The notes below the pieces were generated by a model. The model worked only from the letters and a program-made list of their open reading frames with translations. It was not told the DNA's origin and made no database searches. Both the position numbers and the translations under genes were made by a program. DNA of 64,000 nt, from assembly GCA_050872725.1 (NCBI GenBank), contig JBNMHK010000001.1:44850-108849 (forward strand), read 5' to 3'. Origin of the DNA: Ureaplasma sp. Its GTDB lineage: Bacteria > Bacillota_I > Bacilli_A > Mycoplasmatales > Mycoplasmoidaceae. How positions within the stretch are numbered: position 1 is the first letter of the stretch; every line of letters begins with the position of its first letter. Of the stretch, positions 63,504-64,000 are shown in pieces.

Positions 63504-64000
63504 AAGAAGAAGTTGGTAATTCTCCATCAAATCCAAATGTTGAATAAATTGTAATTAAACCTTCAGTATCAATACTTCTAATTGTAGAAATTAAAGCTGG
63601 AATGTCAATATAGAAACAAATTGTTTCCAATGAATGATTAATATCTTGATTAGACAAGACATTATCATGGTCTTTTGTTAAAAGTAATTTATAATTTCAA
63701 TCTGATGCAGTCAATGCAATCGCAATTTCACTAGCATGCGCTGAATAAATTTGCACTTTAATAACTTTATTTCTTGGAAAATAGTAATTATAAATTACAC
63801 CAGCTAAAATCGCACCAGCTATACTAGCTACTAAATTTGGTGAAAAAAACGCTTCTAAAATTGTCGTTTCATTTAGGATAATATCCTCATTATTTACTGC
63901 TTTTAAAATCCAACACACAAATGAACCTAATGTAACACCAATGAACAAACTCACAATATTAAAAATTGTTAGCATATTACCAATAGATTTATTTCTCACT
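63493..64000 (-). CDS. YitT/DUF2179-like membrane protein, C-terminal part
   Basis: FFSPNLVAS, YFPRNKVIKVQIYS, ETICFY, IRSID pattern; partial. Confidence 0.6.

Overview
This is very AT-rich Mollicutes (Mycoplasmoidales/Malacoplasma-like) chromosomal DNA read with genetic code 4 (TGA=Trp). The supplied ORF track stops at TGA, so I rejoined most genes by reading through in-frame TGA codons. Positions ~360-14,350 form a defence island between obg and a tRNA cluster. It holds a stand-alone PD-(D/E)XK-like nuclease, an intact type I HsdR, an in-frame HsdM-half-HsdS fusion, an SF2 helicase fused to an OLD-like TOPRIM domain, two tandem GmrSD-type (DUF262/DUF1524) genes (one intact, one with three frameshifts), and a Panacea (DUF4065) antitoxin with an orphan putative toxin and an upstream small ORF. 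The neighbouring tRNA operon contains a tRNA-shaped element with perfect acceptor, D and T stems but almost no anticodon arm. The rest is largely core genome: greA, grpE, dnaJ, ferritin-like, infA, tig, lon, tRNA-His with a mini-HNH ORF, holA, the arginine deiminase operon with two APC permeases, a 9-tRNA cluster, dnaK, mnmA, miaB, miaA, hemW, cmk, ferredoxin, ECF ATPases/EcfT, truA, an FNR-like reductase, potABCD, coaD, trxA, topA, DprA-like and rbgA. Three CIRCE operators are present. All calls come from manual motif reading; no database searches were run.
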